Assembly: GCF_006345805.1 (NCBI RefSeq)
Contig: NC_043007.1
Coordinates: 18,476,001-18,540,000 of the forward strand
Direction of reading: 5' to 3'
DNA from: Octopus sinensis
Taxonomy: Eukaryota
Length of the DNA: 64,000 nucleotides
The stretch's first letter is position 1. Each line of letters opens with the position of its first letter. The position numbers were made by a program, and so were the translations under genes. A model generated the notes under the pieces. That model had not been told where the DNA came from. It did no database searches and was given only the letters and a program-made list of their open reading frames with translations. Positions 52,159 to 64,000 of the stretch are shown piece by piece.

Positions 52159-52945
52159 GGCGGCAAGCTGGCAGAAACGTTAGCACGCCGGGCAAAATGC
52201 GTAGCCGTATTTCGTCTGCCGTTACGTTCCGAGTTCAAATTCCGCCGAGGTCGACTTTGCCTTTCATCCTTTCGGTGTCGATAAATTAAGTAGCAGTTAC
52301 GCACTGGGGTCGATGTAATCGACTTAATCCCTTTGTCTGTCCTTGTTTGTCCCCTCTATGTTTAGCACCTTGTGGGTAGTAAAGAAATAGGTATTTCGTC
52401 TGCCTTTACGTTCTGAGTTCAAATTCCGCCGAGGTCGACTTTGCCTTTTATCCTTTCGGGGTTGATAAATTAAGTACCAGTTATGCACTGGGGTCGATGT
52501 AATCGACTTAATCCGTTTGTCTGTCCTTGTTTGTCCCCTCTATGTTTAGCCCCTTGTGGGTAGTAAAGAAATAGGTATTTCGTCTGCCTTTACGTTCTGA
52601 GTTCAAATTCCGCCGAGGTCGACTTTGCCTTTCATCCTTTCGGGGTCGAAAAGTTAAGTACCAGTTACGCACTGGGGTCGATGTAATCGACTTAATCCCT
52701 TTGTTTGTCCTTGTTTGTCCCCTCTATGTTTAGCCCCTTGTGGGTAGTAAAGAAATAGGTATTTCGTCTGCCTTTACGTTCTGAGTTCAAATTCCGCCGA
52801 GGTCGACTTTGCCTTTCATCCTTTCGGGGTCGAAAAGTTAAGTACCAGTTACGCACTGGGGTCGATGTAATCGACTTAATCCCTTTGTTTGTCCTTGTTT
52901 GTCCCCTCTATGTTTAGCCCCTTGTGGGTAATAAAGAAATAGGTA
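52159..52945 (+). repeat. SINE head plus four tandem 184-bp SINE-body units
   Basis: GTATTTCGTCTGCC recurs at 52207, 52391, 52575 and 52759. Confidence 0.9.
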
Positions 52946-55900
52946 TCTTTATTTTACCAAGTGAGCCAGATGTTTTCACCACTGACCTACTGCACTGAAG
53001 AATGATAACATTGTCATTTTAAGGTACTTAAGGGTTAGACTAATTATTCTATTTACTCTCCATATTTTTTCATCTCAGAAAAAATATGGACAAGTCTTGG
53101 CATGGTCGTGAGATAATGAAAGATAGTACATGAATAGTTTGCTAGTATTGTGGTGGATGAGTGCAGTGGTTTCAATCCTTATCACGAGCTGGAAATAAGA
53201 ACGTGAGGGTTTGTAGTGTTTTAATTATTCTAAGATTTTTAAGTTAAGATTAAGCTGGCATAAGATTGTGTGGAAACTGCCCATTTTAAGTTTGATAATT
53301 GTGATGACTTCCCAGTTTTCAAATTCTGGAGATTTAGCAGTGTTGAAACGGGTAGTTTAAAATGTTAGAGAGTAAAGAAAAATTTTCAAGTGCCTTTGTG
53401 TTTTAGTGTGTTTATGAATTTGTGAAATTTGATTTTTTTTTTTACGGTACTTTTTATGTTACTCTAGCCTATTCAACACTGAAAACAAGTACCAGCTGAC
53501 TGCCGGTGTAGTTCTTCTTACCTTCAGTTACCACATCTTCGATTCGATGTTCTGTTGTGTTACGAGTGGAAAAATCAAAATCAAGAGGATGTCTGTCTGT
53601 CTGCTCATGGGAGCATCCAAGACAACTAGCATAAGCGTGGTACAAGTACCAACTCACTTTCGCTAGCGAAGTAGAGGTGGTATAGAAGTAGTAAAGATGT
53701 GTGTCTTTTGCCTTCTATTTCTGCCTCTTATATGTAGTTTTTTTTTTGACTGATTTTGATAAAGGGTTTTTATAAAGAAATTTGCTTATGTTGATGTGAT
53801 ATTGACAGAATTTAATTATCTCCCATCTTGGCAGAGCATTTCTTACTTGTCTCCCTTCGACATAACTCTAGCCAGGCCAGCTACTTGATTGGAATATTTT
53901 TAGCTCAAATTTTACAGAGATTAACTTCGGCTTTCATCTGTCACGAACAATTAAAATAAGATCAGATCAATCATCTGTACACCCTTTTACAGCAAGGACA
54001 AAATTTCAAGCACTTGTTGAGGTGAAAACAGAGTATACATATTTGATTGCATTAGATGATGCACAGGCATGCCAGACGTAAACCAATTTTAGCAGCGCAT
54101 ATTCAACAAAAATATACTTTTTGGTATATTAGAACATATAGACCTCGCTTCGGTCATGAATGACCACAGGGTTCTACCTAGAAAGTTGCCCTCCGAAGCA
54201 CAAGTCCAGACAAATTTGTTTATAGGAGACCAGCCTCTCCTCTCCATGCCACCAATGTTATCGAAAGGAAAGCCAAAAGCCGATACTGCTTGGCACCAGT
54301 GACATTGCAACTCATTTTTATAGCTGAGTGAACTGGAGCAACTTCGCATATAGGACCCGGAGTGTAAAGCTTCGCATGTAGGACCCAAAGTGATTCTTTC
54401 GGGCCTTTTTTTTTTAAGTGTGTCATATATACCATTAAATATGGTAACTCTTTTGCTACTTTTAGATCAGACCATCAGAAATCTACACAACACAGACCAG
54501 AGATAGAAGAAGCTTATAATACAAAAATAAATGAATTGATAGATGAATGTGGATTCTGAAAACAATCTTGTGTTAGTGATGAAGGGCTTAGTACCATAAA
54601 GACATAAGAATGTGTTTTTGTTACATAACATTCATAGATTCTGATTTTCCTTGATGTACAACATCAGGTGTTGTCAGTTGTCAACTGTCTCTGTTGTTAT
54701 TTATCACTTATCACAAAGTGATTGCACGTGGCTTTTGGTTAAAGTGTTGCCATCACCATTGCCATGCACAAGGTTTCAATTCCTAGACTCAGCAGCATGA
54801 TGTGTTCTTGAGCAAAACACTTCATTTCATGTTGCTCTATGATTACTTTGACAGCTGATATCTAACAACACACTGCTGCAATGTTGATTTGAAGGAAGGA
54901 GGAAGCTAATGTGCAGCACAAACATTATACAAACAAATCATCAATGAAGGTTGTTCAGCAAGAAATTGCAGAACCTGTATCTGTCATTTACAACAGGAGA
55001 ATAAAAAATAATAATAATAAAATGAATAAACATAAGAGTATGGTAGACGGCAGAAGTAATAGTGCACTGGACTGAAAATCATGTGTGTTGTGTTCTTGAG
55101 CAAGAAACTTTATTTCACGTTGCTCCAGTCCACTCAGCTGTAGAAATGAGTTGCAATGTGACTGGTGCCAAGCTGTATCGGCTGGTATGCATGGGCGACT
55201 ACTGGTCTCCTATAAACAAACTTGCCTGGACTTGTGCCTCTGAGGGGAACTTTCTAGGTGCAATCCCATGGTTATTCATGACCAAAGGGTGGGAGGTCTT
55301 TATCTTTTCTTTTTATCTATTATATAAAAGATACTCTTTTACTTGTTTCAGTCATGCTGGAGCACTGCCTTTAGTCAAGCAAATTGACCCCAGGACTTAT
55401 TCTTTGTAAGCCTACGTAGAATATAGCAGTATAGCCTCCTCTTCATCATCATCATATCTGTTTCCTATGCTAACATTTGTTGGATGGGTTGTTATAGTCC
55501 AAGTCAATTCTTATTTGGAGTTACTGCTTCCTTAGATGAATTGAAAGACAGTAACATCAAATCTTGCTCACATTTTCCAATCTTGGAGTGGTTTCTATGG
55601 TCAGAAGCCCTTCCTAATGCCAACTACTTTAAAGTGTTTACTGGGTGCATTTTATTGTGGCATCAACATTAGAGAGATTGCTGTGTCCTCGGGGAAACCT
55701 AAAGAGTCCTCTATAACTCTGAGAGACAGTGATTGGCAGCTGCATGCTGGTTGTTGGCAAGGAGACTGACTAGAAAAGAGGCATGATGGAAAAAAGGGTG
55801 ATAAGGAGGTGATAGTGTAGGAGATGAGGAACTGGGATATTGTTAACGAAGAATGATAGAAGAGAATAATGTAACAGAAATACTGAAGGACTGAAAGATG

Positions 55901-56169
55901 TAATGGTAAGAGAGAGAAAGAGAGATGGCTAGCAGTAAAGAAAAATTATGGTAGAAAGCATTGAATCAGATGGTCTGAGTTTCTGAATGGTCATTGATAG
56001 TCCATTCCAAGCTTTGATGCCACAGGGTTCTCAGTATGTATTCCCATGTCCATTGTTCATTGGAAATTAGATCAGAGAAGTCACTTAAACATGAAACATT
56101 AGTACTATAAACCTAGTGTCCTGACAGTGAATACTGCAGTGATGCAAAAGAATAATATATTATTTTCAC

Positions 56170-56565
56170 AGGTGCAGGAGCGGCTTTATGGTAAGTAGCT
56201 TGCTTACCAGCCTCATGGTTCCAGGTTCAGTCCCACTGCGTGGCATCTTGGGCAAGTGTCTTCTACTATAGCCCCGGGCCGACCAATGCCTTGTGAGTGG
56301 ATTTGGTAGACGGAAACTGAAAGAAGCCTGTCGTATATATGTATATATATGTATATGTTTGTGTGTCTGTGTTTGTCCCCCTAGCATTGCTTGACAACCG
56401 ATGCTGGTGTGTTTACATCTCCGTCACTTAGGGGTTCGGCAAAAGAGACCAATAGAATAAGTACTGGGCTTACAAAGAATAAGTCCCGGGGTCGATTTGC
56501 TCGACTAAAGGCAGTGCTCCAGCATGGCCGCAGTCAAATGACTGAAACAAGTAAAAGAGTAAAGA
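56170..56565 (+). mobile_element. Full-length CORE-like tRNA SINE
   Basis: A/B boxes, CTTGGGCAAGTG core, central (TA/TG)n, 3' AAACAAGTAAAAGAG end. Confidence 0.8.
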
Positions 56566-58441
56566 GAGAGGGGTTGTGCCAGGATTTGAACCAGCGTGTA
56601 AGCTAATGAAGCACAACCAAACAAGATTTCTACATAATCCACTAGAATACTAACTAATCTCTCTAAAATCACATCCTATTGTATTAAAGAAACGATGGAC
56701 ACATTAGTCAGTGTAGTCTTAGATACATGTGGCTGGGAAAAAAACGACAGAATAGTTAAGACAGAAATGTCTCTGATCATAGGTTGAGATAAAACAAAAC
56801 TGACCAGTGGCTAAGCAATTAATGAAAATCCCTTAATTATTCAATGTACTCGGTTGCCTACAACATTTCTCTTCGTGACACCTATTATTTATGGCTAATT
56901 GCACTACGAGGTTATGTATCATTACAAAACTCACATATCAACACCTATCACAGAGTATCAGGATCTTTTCGGTTTGAACAGCAGTTTTTTCTAGCGGTGT
57001 CATATGAAATTGTCACCCATAATTATGACCCTAGTATCGATCTATTGCATTTCAATCTATTTTAGGGTTAGGGTTGGGGTATCTTTTTTTGTTCAGAAAT
57101 GTAAATAAACCCAATCTGTTTCTTAAACGAGGGACATATTCATACGGCACAGAATGTTTTTTTTACCTCAATGGACGTCATTGATTAGTTGAAATTTCAG
57201 AAATTGAAGAAAAAAACAACAAATATCTTACAAACTATATAATTTTCTCAATAAAGCCAAGAGAAAAAGATTTTTTATAAACACATTCTACCAGTATACA
57301 AAGTTTAAAAGTGCTTAGTTACGTGGAAATTATTTTAAAAAACTGCCGTTCAAACCGAAAAGATACCATTTCTCTTCGTAACACCTATTTATAGCTAATT
57401 GCACTACGAGGTTATGTATCATTACAAAACTCACATATCAACACCTATAAGACAATATCGAACTCACTCGGACAACTGTGATTTTCAGTACAGATATTGT
57501 TTACCCTCAGAACAACCCTGCTCAAGCAGACCAATGGTCAAAGGCATTTTCATCTATGATAACGTTGTCTTTTGGTGGGTTTCTAGGAATACATCATTTA
57601 ATGTCTCCTCCACCATCCCTTTTTTTAGGGTGGTAGTGTTTGAGTTGATAGATATTTAGTTACTGTTTTTAGCAGGTCGAGTGAATACATATAGGCTCCT
57701 TCTAGGAAAGGATAAAATAAAAATAAGAGGCATTCCTTCGATATAACTTGGACAAAATCAAAACATTCCACTTCTGGTATTTCCGTGGAAGCAAATGACA
57801 GTTCGATTCTGTTTTCTGCTTGGAAATTTGCGGATTTTACATAAACACCTGAAGCAGGTAAGAACAAATATGCAAGGCTTTTTTTCTTCAAGTTTGAAAT
57901 GAGACATTGCTGGCATAATTTCGTCGAGTTATTTCGAAAGAATGCCAAATAAGAACATTTACCCGTACATTTGTTTCAAAGGCTCTTTGCAAAGTTTTAA
58001 AAAGTTCAGGTGTGTCTCGGCTCACTTGGCCGGAGGTAAACCGGATTCTACGGCTATTAAGCGACTGAGAATACCAGACAAACCAGGATTCTTATACGGA
58101 GAGCCAAATCCACCGAAAGGTTAAACCCCAGCTCCTCATGATACTCATTTAGTTGCAAAGTATTTCATCTGCCGCTACGTTCTGAGTTCAAATTCCGTCG
58201 AGGTCGACTTTGCCTTTCATCCTTTCGGGGTCGATAAATTAGGTACCAGTTACGCACTGGGGTCGATGTAATCGACTTAATACCTATGTCTGTCCCCTCT
58301 ATGTTTAGCCCCTTGTGGGTAATAAAGAAATAGATATAATTTCGTGTTACAGACACGATTCGCCCAGAAGGTAGCTCCACATCATAATCACCACAAAGAA
58401 AGAAACTAACAAACACAAAAAATATGAATAAAAATACCAAC

Positions 58442-58955
58442 CAACAGATATACAAAGTAAAGCTATGCCGTTTCGATACTTGTTCTCTCCTAAATTAATT
58501 CTTTTCCACCAGGGTGGCTTAGTAGAATTCTCATTTGCTTCCTGTTCTTTGGGTTTCACGTCTCTCAATGTTGTGTAGGAGAAACCGGCCAGGTGGACCC
58601 AGAAAAAGAACTGTAAAATACCGAGGAAAGCCAGAAGTTTGTAAAATTTATCGTTCTTATATGAATATATTAAAGTGTCTTCAGTCACTCGGTCGTTTAC
58701 TTCGAACGGTAGTCCAGTCGGAAGCTGACGAGAAGCAGAAGTAAAGATGTGTCTATTCAAAACGAAAGTTGAGAGTAAAGGTGCAAGGTGCGATCTCAAG
58801 GGTATCGCCGAAAGAGATGGTTTGTTGCCGGGTTTAATGAGGTTATTCACTTGGCCAATATATCTTTGATTGCATATTGAGTCTTTGAACCTAAACACAG
58901 GTTTGAATGAAGAACATCGTCCTAAACACAAACTTCGATACAATAACACATGCAT
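58442..58955 (-). CDS. TMEM223: TMEM223 exon 1 (mitochondrial inner-membrane protein)
   Basis: Basic presequence-like N-terminus; DTLIYSY..KFYKLL..Q..FW transmembrane motif; G|GTTGGT donor, phase 1. Confidence 0.88.
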
Positions 58956-61130
58956 CTTCGAATTACTGCGGTTGTTATGGATTCAATGAAGAGCAAAAGT
59001 ACGAAGGGAGATTATTCTCCCGTAACGAAGGGAAATAATCTAAGAACATGACCTTGACCTCATCGGTTAAACGGTAACACAAAATCGGTAGAGCAACGGG
59101 CAAACTTAGTATTTAATTACTTCTTTTCGCGTTCTAAGTTCAAATACCATTGAGGTCATCTTTGCTTTTAACTCTTCTGGTACTGAATAAAATCGTTGTC
59201 AAATATTAAGGTCGATATCATCAACATCATCATCGTTTAACGTCCGTTTTCCGTGATAGCACAGGTTGGACGGTTCGACTGGGGTCTGGGAAGCCAGGAG
59301 GCTGCACCAGGTACCAGTCTGATCTGGCAGTGTTTCTACAGCTGGATGCCCTTCCTTACGCCAACCGCTCCATGAAAGTAGTGGGTGCTTTTACGTACCA
59401 CCGGCAACGATCGATTGGCGGCTTTTACGTGTCACTGGCACAGAAGCCAGTCAAGGCGGCGCTGGCATCGGATGATGCTTTTTACGTGCCACTGGCACAG
59501 GTATCACAGCTACAATTTCCATTTGATTTTTATTTTGATGTTGATGTATGTGACTCAATAGGTCTCCTCAAGATCAGCAGGTCACGGTGCCATTCAAGGT
59601 GGTGCTTCCACCCCTAAATATGTGACCGAGTGTCATTTTTATTTTTTTGAGTGGGATATAAAAAAAAAGGGAAAATCAGTAGCACACCAGATCAAATTTG
59701 TTATGATATTTAGTTGCTGTCTTTCATGTTCTGAGATCGAATCTTGTCAAAGTTAACTTTATTGACTTTGGAAACATGACGGCAAAGAAAATACTAACAA
59801 GTGTCGATAATTTGACCATATTCTCTCCGAATCTGTGCTGTTGCCCCTATGTTTGTGACTAATTATCATTATCTTAAAAAAAAAAAGGCTACCATCTTTT
59901 CCTCCATGTACTGTCTGGTTAGTATGATGTACAGTTGAATCAGTGTTCTTAGAAAAGTTTAAGTTGTGTTACAAAAAATTGGATCTTTGAATTCGCTTAT
60001 GAAGTGTAATACAGTCAGTTAATTTTCCTGGAGGCTTTATGGAGTAAAGATGCTGGATTTCTTTAATATTGAAATATATTGGATAGTATAATCATAGATA
60101 TACTGTGCTTAATCATAGGTCCATTCAATTGGGACTCACTTGGGTCTAAACAATCACAAGGTGTGTAATATGATGATATTGAAGATTCAACTGTTTATAT
60201 TGATGATTAAGTTTAATTAGCAGTGATTAAAAAGAAATCAATATAGAAATAAACGCCAAAACATAACAACTTGTTTTAAAAAGAATTTATTTTGTGTGCA
60301 TGTGTATATTACACACACACAGAGTCCTTGGTGTGACTTTAAACTGCATTTGGTATAGAGGCCTTGGTTTAAGGGTTCCAAGGAATGTGGAACCATAATG
60401 GTCACTGTTTTACTCTAACTTGGAGTAGTAGCACTTGCCAGGGCCCCAGCTATGAGTTAATTAACAAGTCATTGGAAGAATGTCACTCACAGGCCATTCA
60501 ACAAACCCAGGGCTTTTCAGCTTTTTAACTGCTTTTCTAGGAGAAGGTAATTCCACACAAATCCTGCTTCCTGGTAACCACTGGGCTTTTGTTGCACCAA
60601 ACCAATACAAGTTTGAAAGATGAGAGTGGAACTGGCTCTGCACAAACAATGCCCACTATAATAATATTCATCAGACAGGCTGTTCAGCAGAATGAGACAC
60701 CAACACCACCACACTTTGAGAACAAGATGTAGCTGGCTTGCAGAGCCCTCATATGCCAAATCAATGAGAGTCCTAAGGTATATATGTGAGGGCACATGGC
60801 TCAGTGGTTAGGGTGTTGCGCACATGATCGTGAGATTGTGATTTCAATTCCTGGACCGGGTAGTGTGTTGTTGTTCTTGAGCAAAACACTTCCTTTCACA
60901 TTGCTCTGTAATTAGTTCAACACCTGACATGTGATGTATGGTGCACCTGTTCAAGCAAGATTGGTTTGATGAAAGGAGTGAGCAAATGCACAGCACACAT
61001 ATTTCATCACCATAAACATTGTCTTTGATAAGAAATTGTCATACACTCACACACACAAATATATATATACACATACACACACTTGTACACACATACACAG
61101 TCTCAAAATCCTTAAAAGTTTTCAAATTAG

Positions 61131-61223
61131 TTATTTTCCATCTGTCTGTGCATGCCGCCCTACAAGTTTGCGTTTGATATTTGCATTGACATTGTGGATT
61201 TGGGTCATTTTCCGAGCCGCCAT
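61131..61223 (-). CDS. DDX28: DDX28 last coding exon (MAARKMTQIHNVNANIKRK...*)
   Basis: ttccag acceptor, phase 0; continues LE|MAARK like the DDX28 IELAARR segment. Confidence 0.8.
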   Translation of the reverse strand: MAARKMTQIHNVNANIKRKLVGRHAQTDGK

Positions 61224-61304
61224 CTGGAAATAAAGGAGGGAAAAAGAAACATTAAAAGTCAAATTCTGCCAAAATGTTTTTTTGCTGTCTTCAATTATAA
61301 AATT

Positions 61305-61582
61305 ATTGCAACGTTGAAGGTGTTTGTAAGCCATTTAAGAAACACACAAAAGCCGTTCGATTCACTTCAATATTTAAGTTTAATTTGTCAAAATATTTTC
61401 GTCGCTATAAGACCTGTTCACTGACAAAAATCCGGAGATGCAGCACGGAGTTTTGTCAGTGAACAGGTCGCGGTCTTAAAGCGAAGAAAATATTTTGACA
61501 AATTAAACTTAAATGTTGAAGTGAATCGAATGGCTTTTGTGTGTTTCTTAAATGGCTTACAAACACCTTCCACGCTGCAGTT
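61305..61582. repeat. Fold-back element (about 130-bp arms) in the last DDX28 intron
   Basis: Arms are reverse-complementary around an 11-nt spacer at about 61435-61445. Confidence 0.85.
61452..61502 (+). ncRNA. Minimal type I hammerhead ribozyme fold, G3:C8 variant (mirror copy at 61384-61428 on the minus strand)
   Basis: TTTGTCA-GTGAACA-G-GTCGC ggtcttaaa GCGA(A/C)-GAAA-ATAT-TT-TGACAAA. Confidence 0.65.
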
Positions 61583-62220
61583 GTTTTCGTTCCAGCACAC
61601 GATCTCAGATCAGGTCACTTGCTATGCAAGTACATCTCCGTAATTATAAAATTGAAGATGCAAAAAGAATATGGCATTGCAATAACCGAGCTGGTAAAGG
61701 GTTGGTCTTTTTAGCTAAATTGCTCAAAGCAACATATGGATGGAGAGCAAAGAATTATCTCTTATGTTTTACTTGTTTCAGTCATTGGATGGTGGCTATG
61801 CTGGAGCACTGTTTTCAAGAAAGATAACGTTTCCACATGGACAGATGTGAATGACACCCCTTATATGATAATGACTCTCATTTACAGCTATTATGCAATG
61901 TCTAGACAAGGAGAGAGTAACACACACACTACATATGTATATATGCATATATGACAGGCTTCTGTCGGTTTCCATCTAACAAATCCATTCACAAGGCTTT
62001 GGTTAGCCTGAGTCTAAAGTAGAACACACACTTGTTCAAGGTGCGACATGGTGGAATTGAACCTGGAACCAAGTGATTGGAAAGCAAACTTCTTAACCCC
62101 AGTGATGTCTGTGCCTTTGTCAAGGGTAAGCAACTAATATGTGCTGATGCAAGTTCTGACTCTGAATTCACTAAATCACTGTAGATTTCTTCATCAGACA
62201 AATCTCTTAAAAACATGAAG

Positions 62221-62251
<31 letters not shown>

Positions 62252-62305
62252 AAGAAGGCTGGCTTCAATAAGCAATATTATTGTCAATTAGTTAGAGATA
62301 CTTAC

Positions 62306-62458
62306 TTCAAGCAACCACACTATTTCCACTTCATACTTGTGTGCCACTAAAGAAATTACTTCAGAGGTTGCATTTGAACCAAGACGTCCAACACGCCCGA
62401 CACGGTGGATGTAATCGGAGACAAAATGAGGGAAATCATAGTTCATAACAGTTTGCAC
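62306..62458 (-). CDS. DDX28: DDX28 penultimate exon (helicase motif VI)
   Basis: VMNYDFPHFVSDYIHRVGRVGRLGS; phase 0-0; GAA|GTAAGT donor; GRVGRxGS followed by VISxVxH is DDX28-like. Confidence 0.85.
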
Positions 62459-63219
62459 CTAGACACAAAAAAACAGAAAATAAATAAATGAATATATATA
62501 TATATATTAGCAGAGATACCTGGCGTTGCTCAGGTTTAAAATGGCATAGTTTGTATATATATATTACAGTTATATTGAAACAGGTGGTACAGGAAAGTGA
62601 AGCATTGACAACAAAACATTTGTGGAGTAAATGATGGGCTAATTCGACTAAGCGACATGTCATGCGTCCATTTGGAGCAATCCAGGTCCTAACCTGTCAT
62701 GGAAAATTGGGGTTGGTGAGTAAGTGATTTTTGAATGCACTGGAAAGCTGTCAGTGGATATACTCTCCTTTGCGGTGGTCGGTGCTGCATGTAACACAAC
62801 CCATTGTATGGTTGACAGTTGAATGAATGTAGGTGTAATAGAGATGTATGTAAATGGGTACATTCTGCGAATGGGCTACAATGGAAGATGGCAACAGGGA
62901 ACTGAACTGTTGAAATGTTACGGAAGGTGACGGGTTGACATTGGATTGCTGGTGTGGCTGTAGAATAAGAAACATAAACTGAGCCACATACACACTCACA
63001 GACACATTCATATACAAAATGTGATGAGACTCAAATACAAAAAGAAGACAGAACACACAGACATACATGGCTTTTCACCTCATTGCTTTTTGCAGTTGTC
63101 ACATATGTATAAGTATGTGTAGATGTGTGTTTTAATCCAAATGAAAATAAAAATTATCACACATACATTCTGACATACAGTGACACACATATAGTAAGAG
63201 AGACACACCCAGACATACA

Positions 63220-63490
63220 TTCAAGGCCGAAATCTCCACTTCTGAATTTTGCAAACCATCTTCTGCAAGTTCTTTCATTCAAGCATTCTTTCCCATAAAC
63301 TGAGTGTATGTTTCGAGTCGCTTCAGTTGCAGAGTTTCCTTTTTTGTACTCATAATATTTAATTAGTTTAAATGGACACAAATGCATAAAAGTAATTTTT
63401 AATTCCATTAGACATTCTAAAATACTATTAAATTTCATTCAATTTTTTAAAATGGTAAAATTGGACAGAACTTATGGGATGACTTGATAT
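63220..63490 (-). mobile_element. Mariner transposase 5' fragment (HTH region)
   Basis: YEYKKGNSATEATRNIHSVYG...RTCRRWFAKFRSGDFGLE. Confidence 0.85.
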
Positions 63491-64000
63491 TTATTGTGCC
63501 ACAGACGCTAGAGAAGCTGTCTGATAGAATTAAGTGTCTCTACTCCTCTCTATAACATTTGATTCAGAGTTTCTACTCTCCAACATGGGTACCCCTTACT
63601 GCAGTAAGTGCAACAACATAGATTTTCAATAGGTTTCTTTAAGACTGCCCACTTTCAATGATTTATATGCAACAACTTAATATTTTAAAAAACAAATGGT
63701 GTATAAGCTACTCAGAAAACCCCACATCTTGGGGAAGCAAACAGCAGTTGATTATATCAACCACATCCTCATCATTTAACATCTGTTTTCCATGCTGGCA
63801 TGGGTTGGATGGTTTGACAGGAACTGGCAAGCCAAAAGAGAGCACCGAGTTTTACTGTCTGTTTCCAAATGCCAATCACTTTACAGAGTGCATTGGGTGC
63901 TTTCTATGAGGCTCTGGCACCAATGAGGTCAACAAGTAACTCAGAAGACAAGATCCAGCAACAGAGTGGGGAGTTGTATTGAGGGAGGTGGCTTTATGCC

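Noticed and set aside
52207-52945. CRISPR-like regular array
   Set aside because: No unique spacers; whole units are SINE bodies in eukaryotic DNA
58347-58441. Hydrophobic extension of the TMEM223 ORF
   Set aside because: Intron read-through; the homologous sequence resumes at 51933

Overview
AT-rich, intron-rich, repeat-dense animal genomic DNA. The SINE/LINE families and gene style point to a cephalopod mollusc, probably Octopus (inference). Three minus-strand protein genes can be spliced by hand with consistent GT-AG phases: the last two exons of DDX28 (mitochondrial DEAD-box helicase), a two-exon TMEM223 (about 266 aa), and a 15-coding-exon BDP1 (TFIIIB B'' subunit, about 1508 aa) with a SANT/Myb domain and repeat expansions. 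A probable terminal exon of an unidentified plus-strand gene lies at 902-1176. The rest is tRNA-derived SINEs, RTE-type LINE fragments, Tc1/mariner relics, several MITE classes, non-autonomous Helitrons and microsatellites. The most unusual signal is a set of short non-coding elements, often folded back on themselves, carrying minimal hammerhead-ribozyme folds. These include a G3:C8 core-swap variant in the last DDX28 intron and a tRNA-headed element with a hammerhead in its body. All calls were made by eye; no searches were run.
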